DNA of 64,000 nucleotides from Amphiura filiformis (Eukaryota): NCBI RefSeq assembly GCF_039555335.1, contig NC_092646.1, positions 36,795,911 to 36,859,910 of the forward strand, read 5' to 3'. Shown piece by piece: positions 62,141 to 64,000 of this stretch (position 1 is its first letter; each line of letters starts with the position of its first letter). The notes under the pieces were generated by a model. It saw only the letters and a program-made list of their open reading frames with translations, ran no database searches and was not told where the DNA came from. The position numbers and the translations under genes were made by a program.

Positions 62141-64000
62141 TTTTATTTTGCGCAAATGAGCACTAAGGATGATCAAACAAAAGTCCTTTGGCATATTATT
62201 CCAACTTCATGTTCCTGTTTTAAAAATGTGTTTATCATTTTTACTTAATTATTATTATTTTTATCTCTAAAATTGAATACAATTAAGGGGTAAAACTTGC
62301 ACGCTTAGTGTGTGAACATAATAGAGAGATTGCGATGTTCCTTACGCAGCACGTGGACCGTACGTTTTAACGTACGTTTTTACGTACGTTAATACGGTGT
62401 TAAATATTGCTAGTCTCGGTTCCAAACTGGATTGTGCTCATTCGTCAGGAAGGAGAACAAGGCGCCTGAAACAAAGACTATAAGTTACTATATTATCAGA
62501 TCTAGGTCAATAGAGGGCATAGTGATTGAAAAAATAATGGTCAGCACAGGTTACCGAGTCTCATTTCATTTCATTTCATATATGTGACCGTTCACGGCGA
62601 ATGAGCCGTAAATTCATCCCCGGTCAATTTTGTTTTATTTTGTGCTTAAAACATAAACATCATAAACTTAAAAATGGTATATCATTTGACTTCAAACGAT
62701 ATCCAGAAGCGTGGTTATGGTTTGTTAAACTCTGCTCCTTCAACAGAATTACAGCTTTTTTCGTTTCTACATGTGTCTCTTTTTCCACATTGCTGGCAAT
62801 AAATATCAAACAGTCATAATTGGCGGTCATTTCAAATCATCCCCAAGTCAACGAGGTTTAAGAAAGTTCTCTCATTGTTAATTATGCATACCTATACAAA
62901 ATACAATGCCTGGTAACCCACCACTTGAACAGGATTTAGCAAAAGCATACAAAGACCAAAGCTATTAAAAGTTCTATAGCCATCTTAAGGTAGAAGCTTA
63001 TTATCCACTTCAACAATAGGATTATTGATTAGTGTTTGACTATAAAAATGAGATAGATGTCGGGCCAGCTTAAGTTACGACCTTCGTACACATTTTACAC
63101 CGTAACTCAGAATACAATTTAGGAAATTTACAGCTCATTTGTGCTGCCGGGTCACATTTATTTCACATTTGTGGCCATGGGCCAAATTACAGAGAAATAT
63201 TACAAATAATTATAATTAAAGATACTTAGAATGACACGCAAAATTTAAAACATTTATAATTACACAAGTATTGAACATGGTAGTATAAATAAACATGACA
63301 CATGGAAAATATATTATTACAAGGACAAAAAGATATGGAATTTGCACAAATAAAATGGGCCAATTACAATGTAAAAAACACCACAAGATTTGATTAAAAA
63401 GCACTACAAATCAAAATTTAAACCTGCCAGCTGGATAAAACCATTATGTAATAAAATTAGTCTCTTCCTAATTCAAACAGCACGCTTTTGATTTTGACTA
63501 AAACCATGGTTAACATGCTGATTAAACTTAATTGTATTTTGTGCTCCCCAAATATTATAGTTGCCCAAAAACATATATTTTGGTAGATTAAGGATCACTA
63601 CATCCATATATCATGACTTTACTTTCAAAATGAGACTTATTCGTCCTGAACGTTCCACGTTGGAATCCAAAATGTGAAATCGCAATGTCATTTTTTATAC
63701 GCAAAGTATCACACACATTTCAATGGGCAATCTCTGCGCATGGACATCGCGTATAAATTTATTCAATTTTTAACACATCGCTGTACCTTTATTATAATGA
63801 TTTGTTACAAACAAAAAGGATCATAATAATAATTAGACTTTCCTTCGTATGTTCATTATCCTTGACTGTCTTTAACATATTGTGAAATGGACAAATTTTC
63901 AACGATGTATCTACATTAATTTTGCACGTGAAAACTCTTCGAAACTGGCTAAATACGTGACCTCGCTTTGATACAGGAGTGGTTTTGAATAGATCAACGT

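Noticed and set aside
1-64000. Prokaryotic feature classes (CRISPR arrays, operons, Shine-Dalgarno-led genes)
   Set aside because: The sequence shows eukaryotic hallmarks (spliceosomal introns with GT-AG and polypyrimidine tracts, TATA promoters, LTR, LINE and MITE elements). No direct-repeat-spacer architecture is present.

Overview
This is AT-rich eukaryotic (metazoan-type) genomic DNA with GT-AG introns, TATA promoters, and a dense load of MITEs and other repeats. It is not prokaryotic, so there are no CRISPR arrays or operons to report, and I could not support any tRNA or rRNA gene. The main content is a tandemly duplicated locus with three to four paralogous units on the + strand. The reconstructed gene model for each unit has five parts in order. 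(1) A TATA-driven first exon encoding a signal peptide plus a zinc-dependent cytidine-deaminase-fold domain with an AID/APOBEC-like H[SC]E...PCxxC motif. (2) A dibasic proprotein-convertase site (RQKR/RGKR) at the end of that exon, which ends at a conserved GTAAGA donor. (3) Two phase-1 exons, each encoding one thrombospondin type-1 repeat (TSR). (4) A final exon encoding a Hedgehog-type Hint autoprocessing domain that begins with the catalytic Cys-Phe. Copy 1 occupies 5408-13538, copy 2 occupies 26384-29848 and lacks the deaminase exon, copy 3 occupies 35413-49456, and copy 4 begins at 60850 and runs off the window. A secreted deaminase fused through TSRs to a Hint module would be an unusual Hedgehog-like ('Hog') architecture, and I flag it as the most interesting feature. 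The exon linkage is inferred from conserved order, strand, splice phase and paralog conservation, not from transcript data. The rest of the window is mobile-element debris. It includes a Ty3/gypsy LTR element inserted antisense in an intron of copy 3, LINE and Penelope-like fragments, a Tc1 transposase remnant, several MITE families (one piggyBac-like with a filled site and a paralogous empty site), a 2.2-kb foldback element, and several satellite arrays.
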